64,000 bases of DNA from Octopus sinensis (taxonomy: Eukaryota): assembly GCF_006345805.1 (NCBI RefSeq), contig NC_042997.1:1302001-1366000 (forward strand), given 5' to 3'. Position 1 is the first letter of the stretch. Each line of letters begins with the position of its first letter. The notes beneath the pieces were generated by a model. That model made no database searches. It was not told the origin of the DNA and saw nothing but the letters and a program-made list of their open reading frames with translations. Shown one piece after another: positions 1 to 12,019 of the stretch. Position numbers and translations under genes: made by a program.

Positions 1-90
1 GAAGTAGCTATACTCAAACACAAATATTGTTCAGCAGAGAAAATGAGATAATGTCACGTTGCAAACACCTGAATAAATTAATTTTTATAA
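1..90 (+). mobile_element. C-terminal end of a Penelope-like element GIY-YIG ORF (decayed)
   Basis: Reads EVAILKHK, then after a frameshift NEIMSRCKHLNKLIL*. This resembles the EK..IL..LNKRxE(L/I)xSxCRHxNKF terminus of PLE ORFs. A CCGATC/GATCGG stem followed by GAAA at 168-201 may be a decayed hammerhead stem II. Confidence 0.4.
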
Positions 91-976
91 ACGATTATAG
101 ATAGCACATAGTGCTTATATATGTATGATGTAATTGGAGTAAAGTTAAGAGTTAAAACATAGTAATGCCGATCCTAAAAGTACAGCAGTTTAGATCGGAA
201 AGTCAGTAGGAACAGAGTACCAATATTACGAATGAAAATAATTACTATTTAGCAATACTGGATGTAATAAATATTAAATCGACAACCAAAATACAATATT
301 TAACAACATGAGCTAGAACCATCTCAGATCTAGTGACAATGCAGATATAAAACAAACAACGGTATAATGAAGCCAAATTTAATAAACTTTACCGCCTAAA
401 ATTGAGATAGAGATGAATTTTCCAATGAAAAGAAACAGGACATCAATAATTAAATTGGCAAACATCGAAGAATTAACCAATAAGAACTAATAAGCACATA
501 AAGGAACCAAATATAACACAATTTAGCAGCAGAGAAACGTCGCGAAGAATTCAGCCCTTCAGCTCCTAGAGTCACATAACACAAGAGAATGAAAACAAAA
601 TATCAACGCATCAACATATATCAACGTATTTAACACCTAGCAAGTAAAACCGATGGGTGTAGATAGGAAAATAACCCTATACGCACATATATAAACCATT
701 TTAAATAGATTTTGAATATAGTCGCTTGTAGCTTAGCTCTATCGTGAAGCACATATTGTTATAAGAACTTTTTTAAGCCGCCAATATACTTTACATCATG
801 TACTGAATACACTCTCCCTCTTCTAAACTGCACGTTTTTAATGTTTTCATAAGCATCTATTTGCGAACGTATACGCTAAGGTAAGAAGATGACGTACATA
901 CATACCATACGTCAATTAATAAACTAAGATGCATAAATTCGCAAAAGGAAGTATACATTCACAATGGTATATACAT

Positions 977-979
<3 letters not shown>

Positions 980-1067
<88 letters not shown>

Positions 1068-1157
1068 TGTGTGTGTACGTGTGTGTGTGTGCGTGTGTGT
1101 ATGTGTGTGTGCGTGTGAGTGTATGTATGAGTGTGCGTGTGTGTGTATGTATGTGTG
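980..1157. repeat. Compound (TA)n-(GT)n microsatellite
   Basis: Seen directly; source of the spurious YI/HT/CV ORFs. Confidence 0.97.
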
Positions 1158-2039
1158 GTCTGCGTAGATATTTTTCTGTATATGCAAGTAAAACACACAA
1201 ACATTACCCTCTATAATATTCACCGAAACACAAACACGCACGCAAAGACACATACACACACATATTGAGAGAAATTGAGTGAGGGAAAGAGACAACATAA
1301 ATCTTTATATTATTATGCATATGAGTAGGTGTGAGTATCAGTTTGTGCACGCGTATATCTGTGCAAGGCCTTTCAGTTGTATTCTAAAAAGAAATATTGT
1401 TAATTTTAAAAATTATTTTCAGCTGAAAGCTTTTATCATAAGACGCAATGTCTCCTGAAAGTTTGAAATGTTCTGCATAGATTTAGACTGATGGCAGTAA
1501 GAAATGAACGGAAATATCCATATATGAAAATATAACTGAATTTAAAAATCAAAGAAACGCCTGCGGAATATTATAAATTGAAAGTAATTAACTCTGTAAA
1601 ATGCAAACTGAAGGATATATAATTTTAAAATACCGAGAGAAACAGGTATACGAAGCAGGTTATAAGTAAATGGGAAAGAAATATGAAGACAAAATCGACG
1701 CAATTATAAAAAGAAAGGAACTCCCTCTCCTGTAGAATAGCAATATTCCTAGATACGTCTCTCTCCCTCATTATCTTTCTCTCTCCTCTATTGTTCTGTT
1801 GACTCAGGTGCATTTATCCACTATGTTAAATTTAGACTCGAATAGATATTCTCTGGGTGTACAAAAAATATTTTGATAGATTTCAAAATATAGAAACACA
1901 TAACAAAGAGACTGGACTGAAAATAAAGAGAATATAAATCTACTACGACTGGTCGCATACTAAGTAGACTTCAGAATGTACAGTAGAATTTGTAAAACTA
2001 AAACACAGTACACTGCTAATATTAACATTATCAATAATA

Positions 2040-2245
2040 ATGGTGTCAAATTTTGGTAGAAAACAAGTACCTTTACGTTCATTGCATCATTCACAGTAGT
2101 TGACTTCTGCTATATATTATTGACCGTGATTGGATGAAAATCAAAAATGGCCTCGAGAGTATTTGAACTCAGAACATTCGGAAGAAATACTGCTAGGTGT
2201 TTCGCTTTAAACGGTAACGATTTTACCAGCTTACCCCCTTACATA
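2040..2245 (-). mobile_element. Decayed tRNA-derived SINE
   Basis: Reverse complement matches the better-preserved copy at 32961-33180 (plus strand reads ggatgaaa...tttgaactcagaac...gaaatactgctag). Confidence 0.6.
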
Positions 2246-2359
2246 GCGGATCTAAACACATTTTGCCAGAAAGCCAGCAATCTCCAGGGTAGAGGTCAGT
2301 CGATTACATCGACCCTACCATTAAGCAGCTGCGTTCAGATAATTTTATAGATCTCTGTG

Positions 2360-3970
2360 ACCGTTTTGTTATTCTTACAATTAGGTAGTGTGGCAGGCTG
2401 TGCGTGAGGTCTTCAATGTATTTCCCTTCGCGCTGCTGTATCTGTTAATGTGAGATACACACCCACTCCATACTAATACACCAAGTAGTGGTTGTGGAAG
2501 GAAGTTTCTTATATTCTCCGTTGCTTCGGAGAAATTAGAATGAGGCGATTTTCCTGCCGACTCAAGAATTGTTCCTCGGTCATTTAAAAGAATTGTTCCT
2601 AGCATATGTAGAAGTTGCATTTCAGTATTTTTTCTGGCTGTTATTTTTTCCACTTTCACTGTTACGTGTGAGATTAGTTTTGTTCCCAATGCTTAGTCAT
2701 TAGCAATATATACAGGCCATAATTCAGGGACAACTTTGAAGATTTTTGGTACCTTGAGGGTTAATATACTTATAACGAATTCCACCAACTTAAGACTAAT
2801 ACCTCTGAATATTGGAAACTATGGTTGATATTTGTCTTGATCATGAATTCGAACCCGGAATTAATTTCATCAAAATACTGTTTATGGTTGCCCTTGAACT
2901 TCACAAAGTTTACAGAGCCCGTTTATATGTAGATGCGTCTTGTAATATGTGAGTTAGTGATCTTATTTTAACTTGACGACACACATGTTACCATAGATTG
3001 CAACACGTTCAATAAATGTGTTTTCCACCTATGTCTGCGATAGCTGTCTGAAAACATTCTGTTGATGAGAGAATGAAAGTCCCCATGCTCTAGAAATGAT
3101 CAGGTAATGTTACCATTCACTCACCATGCGTCAGTGTGGTAGATTTTGGTAAACAATCATCTGTCGTCTCATTTGCACAATGCATATACGTGTTTGCACA
3201 TTCGGTCAAATCAAGGGAATTCTTTTCAGAAAGCCCATCTGTAATACTTGTAATACTTTTCTTCAACAAAGTATGTTAAGATACACATAGAACTTAGAAG
3301 AAAGAACAAACCAACAAATAAAACAAACGAGCGTGAAACACAACCATTAATCAAGTTACAGTTTTCAACAGAACAAAATCTTTAAACACAATTAAAATAA
3401 TTTCTTTTTTCATTGCTTGAGGGTACTGGTGCTAAATATTTTCCATTTGAATTGATGAAATTCTTCTGCATAGTACTTGTGTGTCACCATATAAACGGAG
3501 CAGATGGATCATATTTAAAGGCTGTTTGAAGAAATGTATTATAGGATCCTTTTAGTGTCAGTGGTGTGTGCAGTAATATTGAAATTAACTGAAAGGCTCG
3601 AGGCTGAGATTGCAACAAGCGTTAGAGATAAAGACGATTATTATTATGAAGTAACCTCGGAAACCGCAGAAGCTGGTATCCACACGCACATTCATTGCTT
3701 AAACCGGCATTTCAAGTTTCTAACTGAATATTTCAGACGAAATACCAGCTCCAAATGCTCAGCATATTATACTGATACATTGCAGGATAACAACACGATC
3801 AAACAGCGTATTCTTTCATCGCTATCTCCTTTGACATATTTAGATATTCTCGAGCTCAACGCCTTCAACGACAAATCGCTAAAATTCTTCTACGAGACAC
3901 ATGGGTTTCAGTGAAGAGAGTTTTATCGATCTATACTTCAAGGAATTTCTAGTCGTGTATTAGCTTCCAA
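2360..3970 (-). mobile_element. Highly decayed 3' half of an RLE-type (R2/R4/NeSL group) non-LTR retrotransposon
   Basis: Minus-strand remnants: CRQ..SLTHILQ (CCHC knuckle-like, ~2940-2985), ELWPVY...ALGT (RLE tail-like) and QLLHMLGTIL. Many stops and frameshifts; motifs recognised by eye. Confidence 0.35.
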
Positions 3971-3973
3971 TAA

Positions 3974-6425
3974 CACTGTACAACAAACATGAACATTATT
4001 TCGACTACAGAGATTAGAATAGCATTTTCTTGGGTAGTTTTATGTGTAGATCACGAAAATAGCAACCGCTTCTCACAGAATGACTCTAGTTTATGGTAAT
4101 TTGGCTTTTTAATATTAGGGTATTTCTAAAATTTTAATGTTTGTGTGCAGATTTTCACAGGAAAACGAACTACAAAAAATACCTATAAATATTTAATGAG
4201 ATCTTTAATTAGAATAAAAATTGCATTAACATGACAACAGGTCTGTGTACAAATCATCCAGACAAATTTTGCTATATCTGTGGTACTGTGACGTTCCAGA
4301 AGAATGCTAGGATCATTACGCCGTGTGTAAAAAAAAAAAGCGGTATTACAAATATTTAATTAAATCTTTAATTAGAATAGAAATTGCATTAAAATGCCAA
4401 GACCGCAGTTTAGAAATCACCCTGACGAATTTTGTTATATCTAAGGTGTTGTAACATTCCAGAAGAATGCTAGGAACATTACGCCGAGGTAAAATAAAAT
4501 TAAAATCCAGTATAACTTATATTTTGGAGACCAAGATAAACTTTGGGCAACACATATCTGTTGCGCAACATGTACCAATGGTCTTTCAAAATAGTTTTTG
4601 GCAAAGTCAAGAAGTGAGCAGTGTGGCATTCCAATGATTTAGCGCGAATCTCAAGACCACCATTCTGAGTGCTATTTCTGTCTTGTAGATGTTAAAGGTG
4701 TGTTTTTATTTGCATTAAGCCTATCATATATGTATCTAAATATATTAATTTTTATTCGATACATTAAATATAGGAAATGCTATAATATAATTTATTTTCT
4801 TAACAGGTATATCAACGAAGAGTGCGTCATCGTTAGTGTATCCGAATCTGAAATCCGCCACTTGGCCTCTACCTCATTCGGTCAGCGTTTGGATACCTGT
4901 GGTACCAGCAAATGTTGTTTTATCCGATACTAGTGAATCAGAAGAGAATTGTGAAGAACATGAGTTGTATGTGCATACATCAGAACAGTCCAGATCAGAA
5001 CCCCTAGCACAAGATTAGTTAAATGCTCTTGTTCGGGATTTGGAATGAACGAAAATGCAGAGCGAGTTACTGGCTTCTAGGTTAAAGGAAAGAAACTTAG
5101 TAACTAAAGATATCAGCATTACAAATTTAGAAACCGTATAGATGGTTTAATAGAAAAGATTGAAATGAATGTCAGTTTGTGTTATTGTAACGACGTACCG
5201 AGGCGCTTTGAAGAGCTTGGCTTAATATACGACCATAGTGATTGTAGGCTATTCATAGACGCTTCGGTTTATAGTACTGAAGCTGTGGTACTGCACATAG
5301 GTAATATACTTCCGACATTTCCCGTAGCATATTCTGTTGTTCTAAAATAGACGTACGAAAATTTGTCATTCATATCAGGTTGTATAAGATATAATGAGCG
5401 TAATCGGATGATTTGTCCAGACTTGAAAGATGTAGCGATTGTAACTGACTTACAGGCTGGGTTTACTAAGGACGTATGCTTTTTGTGTCAATGGGACAGC
5501 CCATGCTCGGAAAGAGCATTACACCTCTAGTGAATGGCCATTGAAAATTGAATCAGATATAGGTTCACATAACGTTATACGTGAACCAGTAGTTGCTAAG
5601 GAGAAAATAATTTTGCCTCCATTGCAACTCAAACAGTTAGATCTAGAAGAGAAACCGTTTTTGTATTTGAAAACTAAGTTTCGCAAATTAAGCCATGTGA
5701 AAATCTAAAAGGGGTGTTTGTCGGTCCCCTCATTCGGCAACTTTTGACAGACGATAATTTTGAAAACACCTTAAATGTATTGAAATTGGATGCATGGCAA
5801 AGTTTCAGAAATGTATGAAACGTTCTACTCGGGAAGCACAGAGCAGTCAACTATAAATACTTATAGAAAAGTTGATTGATTTGTACAAATCATTAGGGTG
5901 TGATATTTTGTTAAAAGTTCGCTATTTGCATTCCCATCAAGCTTTATTTATTCAAACTGAAGCAGATGTTAGCGACGAACACGGAGAGAGATTCAACCAA
6001 GACATAAGTCAAATGGAAACTCGGTGTAACTGGAATTGGAGTTCCGCCATGCTAGCTGACATTTCCTGGTTTCTTCAGAGAGTTAGAGATGATGCCTTAC
6101 ATAGAAAGAAGCATAAATATTTTACTAAAAGATAGATGTTCTTCCTTTAATAAAAGACTTGAATAACGTATTTACTATCAATAACAGCCCATTTTGCAGA
6201 AAACTCGCTTTAAATCTAGGAAAAATGTTATTTTCACAGAAACTGTCCACGTTCTTGCAAAAAAACATACCGTATAGTGACGGCCCACTTTCTAGTAAAA
6301 ACATATACCTTTTACGAAACGCTGGAGTCATTTTATGCAAAAAAGAGTTCATTTTCGTTATGTATGGTAAACACTTCCAGAAAATGATGCTCTCTTCTCT
6401 GTAGCAAAATCATTATTGTACAGGC
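3974..6425 (+). mobile_element. Chapaev3-type DNA transposon, near full length
   Basis: Left end CACTGTACAA (3974) and right end TTGTACAGGC (6425) with ~110 bp imperfect TIRs (ctacagaga...cattttct...acgaaaat...aatgact). Flanked by TAA at 3971-3973 and 6426-6428, matching the 3-bp TWA TSD of Chapaev3. Contains an internal transposase. Confidence 0.85.
4231..6127 (+). pseudogene. Chapaev3 transposase pseudogene with one intron (4698-4806)
   Basis: Motifs PDKFCYICG, GDQDKLWATHICCATC, GIPMI*RESQDHHSECYFC, YPNLKSA..PLPHS, RLFIDAS, FLCQWDS, GVFVGP and VSDEHGERFNQDI..ME.R..WSSAMLAD. Removing the GT..AG intron (AAG|GTGTGT...TTAACAG|GT) restores DVKGISTK in frame. Multiple stops and frameshifts. Confidence 0.85.
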
Positions 6426-6428
6426 TAA

Positions 6429-7150
6429 CCTCGAGTAGGATTCAAGATTACTATCAGATCGACTGTGTTGCTTAGCTTTTAAATGTCAAATGTCCAAACT
6501 GGGTTTTGGATTGCAATACGATGAAACAGCCGTGCTTTAGATAATCGTACCATTAAATGGGGAGCATACGTGTAAAACAAAATGTCGTTGCAGTGGTCCG
6601 AAGAATGAATGTCTTATTATGAATGCCTGCCTGTGCATCATGAGCAACGCTAACCAGTTACATCTAGGTAGATGTAGTTGACAACCGATAGGTTTCCTTG
6701 AGAGTGGTACCTGCTCCCGTTTAGAAGAAAAATAACCGTCTTAGATAAAGACTGATGCTCAGACAATAAGTCATAGACAAATATATACGTCACTGACACT
6801 TCTGTCTTTTTCTCCGCGGTCAATTTCTCCCAGCCCATTTCAGTGAGACTGGCCACACTGCTACCTTTTATTTCCCATTTCCCTCTCTTCAAGAAGAGTC
6901 AGAAAATCTGATTTTTAGTCCTTTACCGAGTCACCGGTTCCTGTAAGATAACTGTTGTGGGATTGTGCGCATAATCCCTTCCCTGAAAAAACAACGTTTC
7001 GATTCGCATCAGACATATTGTTAGGCTTGTAACTCCGACAATTCTGTTGTGAGATTATAGTATGCAACCGACGGACTTCAGAAAATAAACAGTAAAAGAT
7101 TAGTTGCTTGCCGCTCAACATAGTTGATATCTGAAGTGGCATTTAAGAAA
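6429..7150 (-). mobile_element. Decayed reverse transcriptase region, probably the 5' part of the RLE LINE interrupted by Chapaev3
   Basis: Minus-strand remnants in RT order: AEKKTEVSV..YDL, then SQGNLS (QGDxLS-like), then ttagcgttgctcatgat (close to LAFADD, ~6638-6654). Weak, by-eye recognition. Confidence 0.35.
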
Positions 7151-7845
7151 GTTATCATAGTGAACATGTTAGCGGTAATATTGTGACTGACAAATTATTT
7201 GACACAAGATACGTAGTATTCGTGCTTTCTTATTCGGTGGAACAAAACCGTTTTATAGGCTTGATGCTAGGATAAAACATTGATACGGATTTTCCGAGCC
7301 AAAATGGACATTGTCTGTTTGAGTTCAGTTACATATGAGTTATTGTTTCGGGTATTGCCGTCTACCTCGGTATCCAAGATTTGCGTCGTCAGGCAGTTAC
7401 ATATGCAAACAATATTATCTTGTCATCAGTTTGAAATAGATCTGACACAAAGTTTTCAACCTTCGCAAAACTACCGATTGAAGGGACGTCATTTTCTGAC
7501 TGATCCTACGGTGTGAAACGACGTGTCATTAAAACCGATTACTGATACAATCCTTGAAGGCGGATATAATTATAGTTTGTGTTTAGAAGAGCGGAGAGTG
7601 GCTAAGTAGTGTTCCTGGCTTTTATCGAAAGCTTAACGTATGCACATTGATCAACGTCCTTACTCTATTATAGCAGCAGACATTCAATTACATAATCGCA
7701 CATCACACACAGCAATTCATCACAATTCATCAGACATATTTATTAAAAAGTAATGTTGCATGGATAGTTGAAATTAGTATGTGAACACAGCAGACAGGTA
7801 GGTGCCATGACATAGTTTGCTGCACACGCTCTTTCTCTTTCACAG

Positions 7846-7886
7846 ACCAGAAGAAAACATTCATCAATTCGTGTTTCGTCTCATAG
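7846..7886 (+). CDS. Candidate terminal coding exon ending in a CaaX-like motif (xQKKTFINSCFVS*)
   Basis: Strong acceptor ctctttctctttcacag at 7829-7845 in unique, non-repetitive sequence. The phase-1 frame ends CFVS-TAG. No upstream exon identified. Confidence 0.3.
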
Positions 7887-9682
7887 AACACATATCCCAC
7901 GTGGTTCACCACGATGGAAATACTGAAGGACACTCCCAGCGGGAGCGTCCTATACAGATATATGCGTCTCTTCTAATCTACTCCTATTCTTTATTCTCTT
8001 TAGCTATGTATACTTTTTACCTAAATTATGAATGCCAATGTAATTTTTGTCATGAGTGGGCTATAGTGCTATATTACCTGTTATCAATGATGACTTTTCT
8101 CGTGTCCCTCCAAATATTTTAAACGGATATATTTCTTCACATTAAGAAAATATGTTAGTTTTCATGTTAGTTTGGGAGCGTGTTTCGTGATATTTTCTTA
8201 TTTACAGTTTACAAATAACCGTTCTGTGTAAGCGGATATATAAAATTTTGGATAACGCACGCATATTAATCTATAGCTGAAGGCAACAAGAACTCTAAGC
8301 TTGACATAGATGCGACTGCAGTTTGTCTAAGTTTTCATAGGAGCATTAGGGAAATGAAGTCAGACAATTGAAAGTGCTAGAGTAGGGTTCCCATGATTTT
8401 GTGCTATCTTTATTCTATTGGCTACTACCACAAAATTCATCTAATACCTCAAGAATATTAGACATCAGCGGTCAGTATCCTGTAAAGAAAACTCGCTGCT
8501 AGTAAATTTCATGATCGTGTTTCACGTGCCCAGCTGTAGCTTTGATTTTCGAAAGAGAACAACCACGCCTCCAATATGGGATGAACCAAAGTGGTTTAAA
8601 CACCATAGCTGCTTAACATGGGCAGGTAAATTGTTTCACTTTAGTTCTAGCTTAATTCATTACAACGGATGTGTAGTTTTGCGTTATCGTTATTAAGTGT
8701 ATGGTAGCTTATTTTGCAAAATCTGCCATGTTGCTATAATTTTACTTGCTGAAGTTATTTTGTCAGCTCGTTTTAACCCAAACTCCTCTTTACTGCGCTC
8801 TTATGAACACTGAAATGAATTTTATTGTTAATTAATAGCTTTTTCTAGAATATCGGGCTGCACAATTTCGGTTGCTGTGTTTTGGTACAGCCAAAGCGAT
8901 GCTGTTTAGCTTTAAATTATATCTCCTATACATATCACTTATTCCTTTTTCAGCCTTTTCATTATATTCTATTCATGATTTCTTTCAGTATTCAGCATCT
9001 TCAATGTCTAAAGCATTAGATGTAGTTTAAGTCCTACCGTCCTTGCAGCAAGAGTAATTTGTTCGAAAGGACATTTGTTTAACTCTGCACAAGAAAAGTT
9101 GCTTTTGTTGAAATTTTCTTATGATGAATGAAAATTCGACTGCAGCTGTCCGTGCATTGAGGCTGTTCAGCTGTGTTCCTCTCAGCACATGGAAACGACA
9201 TATATCTTGAGCTGCCCTTGACTTTTGCTTCTGCAGCTCTTTTTTGCAATTGTAATAGTTTATTTACTAACAATTACAGACAATGGTGATGCGAATTCTG
9301 TAATCCGTATATGATTAAAAGTGATGATTATAAAGTAGTATTGATGTCAATGACATTGTTTGCCCTCATTGCTTCCTATCCACTAATTTCCTTCTGTCGA
9401 AAATGACAGGAAGCACTTACTGGATTTCATGCATTTTTCATTAAATTCTAATAATTTCTTAAGAAAAAATAATGAATCAATAACGAAGTGCTACAGTACT
9501 TGGAACAGTGTAACGAATAAAGCCAAATCCCTGAATTGGCGTAAATTTCATTACAAAATCATCAGTAAATTTCACTGCATTTTAATGGCTATAAAAACCT
9601 AGGAGACAAAAAATAGTAAAATATATGTTATGATAAACGTGCTAATTAGAACATGACATTAATAATGAAGACGACAACAATT

Positions 9683-9724
<42 letters not shown>

Positions 9725-9866
9725 ATGATAATAATGATGATGATGATGATGATGATGATACTAATAATAATAATAATAATAATAATAATAAGAAGAAGAA
9801 GAAGAAGAAGAAGGAGAAGAAGAAGAAGAAGAAGAAGAAGAACAACAACAACAACAACAACAACAA
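9683..9866. repeat. Compound trinucleotide array (ATG)n-(ATA)n-(AGA)n-(ACA)n
   Basis: Seen directly. Confidence 0.97.
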
Positions 9867-10151
9867 TATGGAAAGGATTGAGGTAAATCTTCCTGAAGAT
9901 ATAGAGTCAAAATTCAAAGAAGAGTGCTATTGTTATCTAGTGAACGATATTTCGATATCGTTCACTAGATAACAATGGCACTCTCCTTTGAATTTTGACT
10001 CTATATCTTCAGGAAGATTTACCTCAATCCTTTCCATATTAACCAAAAGGAAGTGGATTGACAAATTTATTTTTTGAACCAGTTGAAGACACACAAGATG
10101 TCGAAATATCGTTCATTCGATAACAATGGCACTCTTCGTTCAATTTTGACT

Positions 10152-10153
<2 letters not shown>
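9865..10153 (+). mobile_element. Short retrozyme-like / non-autonomous PLE insert: inverted copy plus ~1.3 tandem units of 151 nt
   Basis: 9865-9950 is the reverse complement of 9955-10040 (2 differences). 9960 onward recurs at 10111 onward (period 151). A hammerhead-like motif lies at the unit junction. Confidence 0.65.
10075..10115 (+). ncRNA. Minimal type I hammerhead-like motif with variant core
   Basis: tgaac-CAGTTGA-A-gaca(cacaaga)tgtc-GAAA-ta-TC|gttca. Stem I 5 bp, stem II 4 bp, palindromic stem III ATAT, AUC site. Core differs from CUGANGA at positions 4 and 6. Confidence 0.55.

Positions 10154-10225
<72 letters not shown>
10153..10225. repeat. (AAT)n microsatellite
   Basis: About 24 perfect units. 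Confidence 0.98.
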
Positions 10226-10226
<1 letters not shown>

Positions 10227-10432
10227 TTACAAAAGCTTTGCCTCCAAGGCACGGCCAAAGTAATCGAGATAGGTAACTGAGAAGAACACAACACGGTACA
10301 CTAGGCTGTGGGAGCAAGCTCGTAACGCATGAAAACTCCAGAAGATCCAGCAAAACCTGAGTTACAAGGAAGACTCTCAAAACGAAAGAGAATCATGACT
10401 GAAAGAAGAAAAATATGACTAGTAATAATAAT
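10226..10432 (+). mobile_element. 5'-truncated 3' end of a Dong/R4-like RLE retrotransposon
   Basis: LQKLCLQGTAKVI resembles the R4/Dong terminal motif LQKAxLLGTAxI. It starts right after (AAT)n and ends at short AAT repeats. Confidence 0.5.
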
Positions 10433-10545
10433 TTCAAATTTTGTCCCAAGGGCAGCAACATGATGATAGGGAGTAAATCAATTACATCACCCATAGTCCT
10501 CGACTGATACTTCTTTTATCGTCCCGGAAAGGATGAAATGGAAAG
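10433..10545 (-). mobile_element. SINE fragment
   Basis: tttcaaatttt...gcagcaa...attacatc...ttttatcg...gaaaggatgaaa, the same family as the 31 kb cluster. Confidence 0.6.
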
Positions 10546-11967
10546 ATACATAATACATATAGATACATATAACAATTTCCATATCGGAGCCGATGTGAAT
10601 TACATCGGGCGACTTGACATTTCTTTATGCTTTATCAAATCGTGAATCACAGCTGAATTTCATTAGCACCCCATTTCTGCTTAATCACGATAATACGCTT
10701 TGACACAATTAGTTCATTAATGAATAAAGAGATCATTAATTTCAAGTTATTAATTAGTCCTCATTATTTTTACAGTTGTGATTACAACTTTCTGCAAAAT
10801 TAACCAATGTAAAACTATAATAATTTTCGATTACTAACATAATCTTAATTGTGCATCCTCATTATAACTGTTGCATCGATACTTAGGGTTTAAACTATTG
10901 CTTCATATAGATTTTTCTAGATATTATACGCAGAATGATATTGGAATAATTGTGAATGTAAATATAATTCATGATTGACTAATTGCTTTTCATTGGATAC
11001 ATTATTTGAATTATTTCATAAGGCATCTAAAAAATTATTGATGTTGGTAGTGGTTTAAGCTTAGATATAACTGAGGCTCTAAAAGACGCCTCTCGCCAAT
11101 CATATGTCACTCCCTTTTGTAGTTTTGTTTCCGTTTTTTTTCTCCTTACTATGTATATGATTGTAAAAACTTTTTCCATATGCAATGTGCAAACGTACTT
11201 TTAGTATATGTATTAACTTGCTTCTGTGCGTATTTACTTATTACTTGAAAATATTCTATTAAAATATTCCACTCATTGAAGTGAAATTATTCGATAATCG
11301 AGGGTTAGCAGAGGCTACACTTCAGTACCAAAGTTTTCAATATAATCACTTATATACTTTGGTCCGGATACTTGAAATCTTTATACTGAACTTAAACTTG
11401 TTTCCTTTTGTTATTTTTCTGAAACAAATATTGTTTACACCATTTCATTAGGGATATTTTAATATTTTTCCTGGTATTTCACTTCTTGCTATATCCAAGA
11501 GATACCCCCACTACTCTGCGCAGAATGATATTGGAATCATAGTAAATGTAAATCTAATTCATGATTGACAAATTGCTTTTCGTTGCTTACATTGGGTGCT
11601 TACCCTTTTCGTGATATCTACTACCTTCGGTTTCAATATTACGGGCCTCGATTTACTAATCATGTCTATGAGACATTAATCTTTATCACTTAAATTTGCA
11701 TGGAAAAGTATTTATCCACAGGTATGGCTGTTTCGAAAGATATGATATGAATAATACATATATGAGCTTCTATAAATCGATAAAAACGCATGATGTCTAT
11801 TGTGTTCTATTCTAGTTAAAAATAATCTACTGTCAGCTGGACAGTTAAACATTTAGAGATTCAATGAACATACTGTAATCACAAAAAATGTCAAACATAA
11901 GAAATAATCCGTTTTTGCAAGAAAAACCAAAGTAATCTACCTATCCGGCTACCTGCCTTTGTGTTTG

Positions 11968-12019
<52 letters not shown>

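Noticed and set aside
854-880. Possible 27-nt microexon (ag|...AAG|GTAAGA)
   Set aside because: Good donor but weak acceptor. The frame that would join the 7846 exon contains a stop.
924-1298. ORFs rich in YI/HT/CV/LSIY repeats here and throughout (e.g. 17087-17629, 49759-50239, 58831-59610, 61440-61804)
   Set aside because: They are translations of (TA)n, (CA)n and (CTAT)n microsatellites, which lack stop codons.
3534-3914. 126-aa plus-strand ORF with a hydrophobic N-terminus
   Set aside because: No recognisable domain or splice support. It lies antisense within the inferred decayed RLE LINE.
3974-6425. RAG-like (ProtoRAG) system
   Set aside because: Chapaev transposases share an N-terminal zinc-finger relationship with RAG1, but there is no RAG2-like ORF and no RSS heptamer/nonamer, and the TSD is 3 bp rather than 5 bp.
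9653-9917. Poly-M/I/R/T and poly-L/F/S ORFs
   Set aside because: Compound trinucleotide microsatellite.
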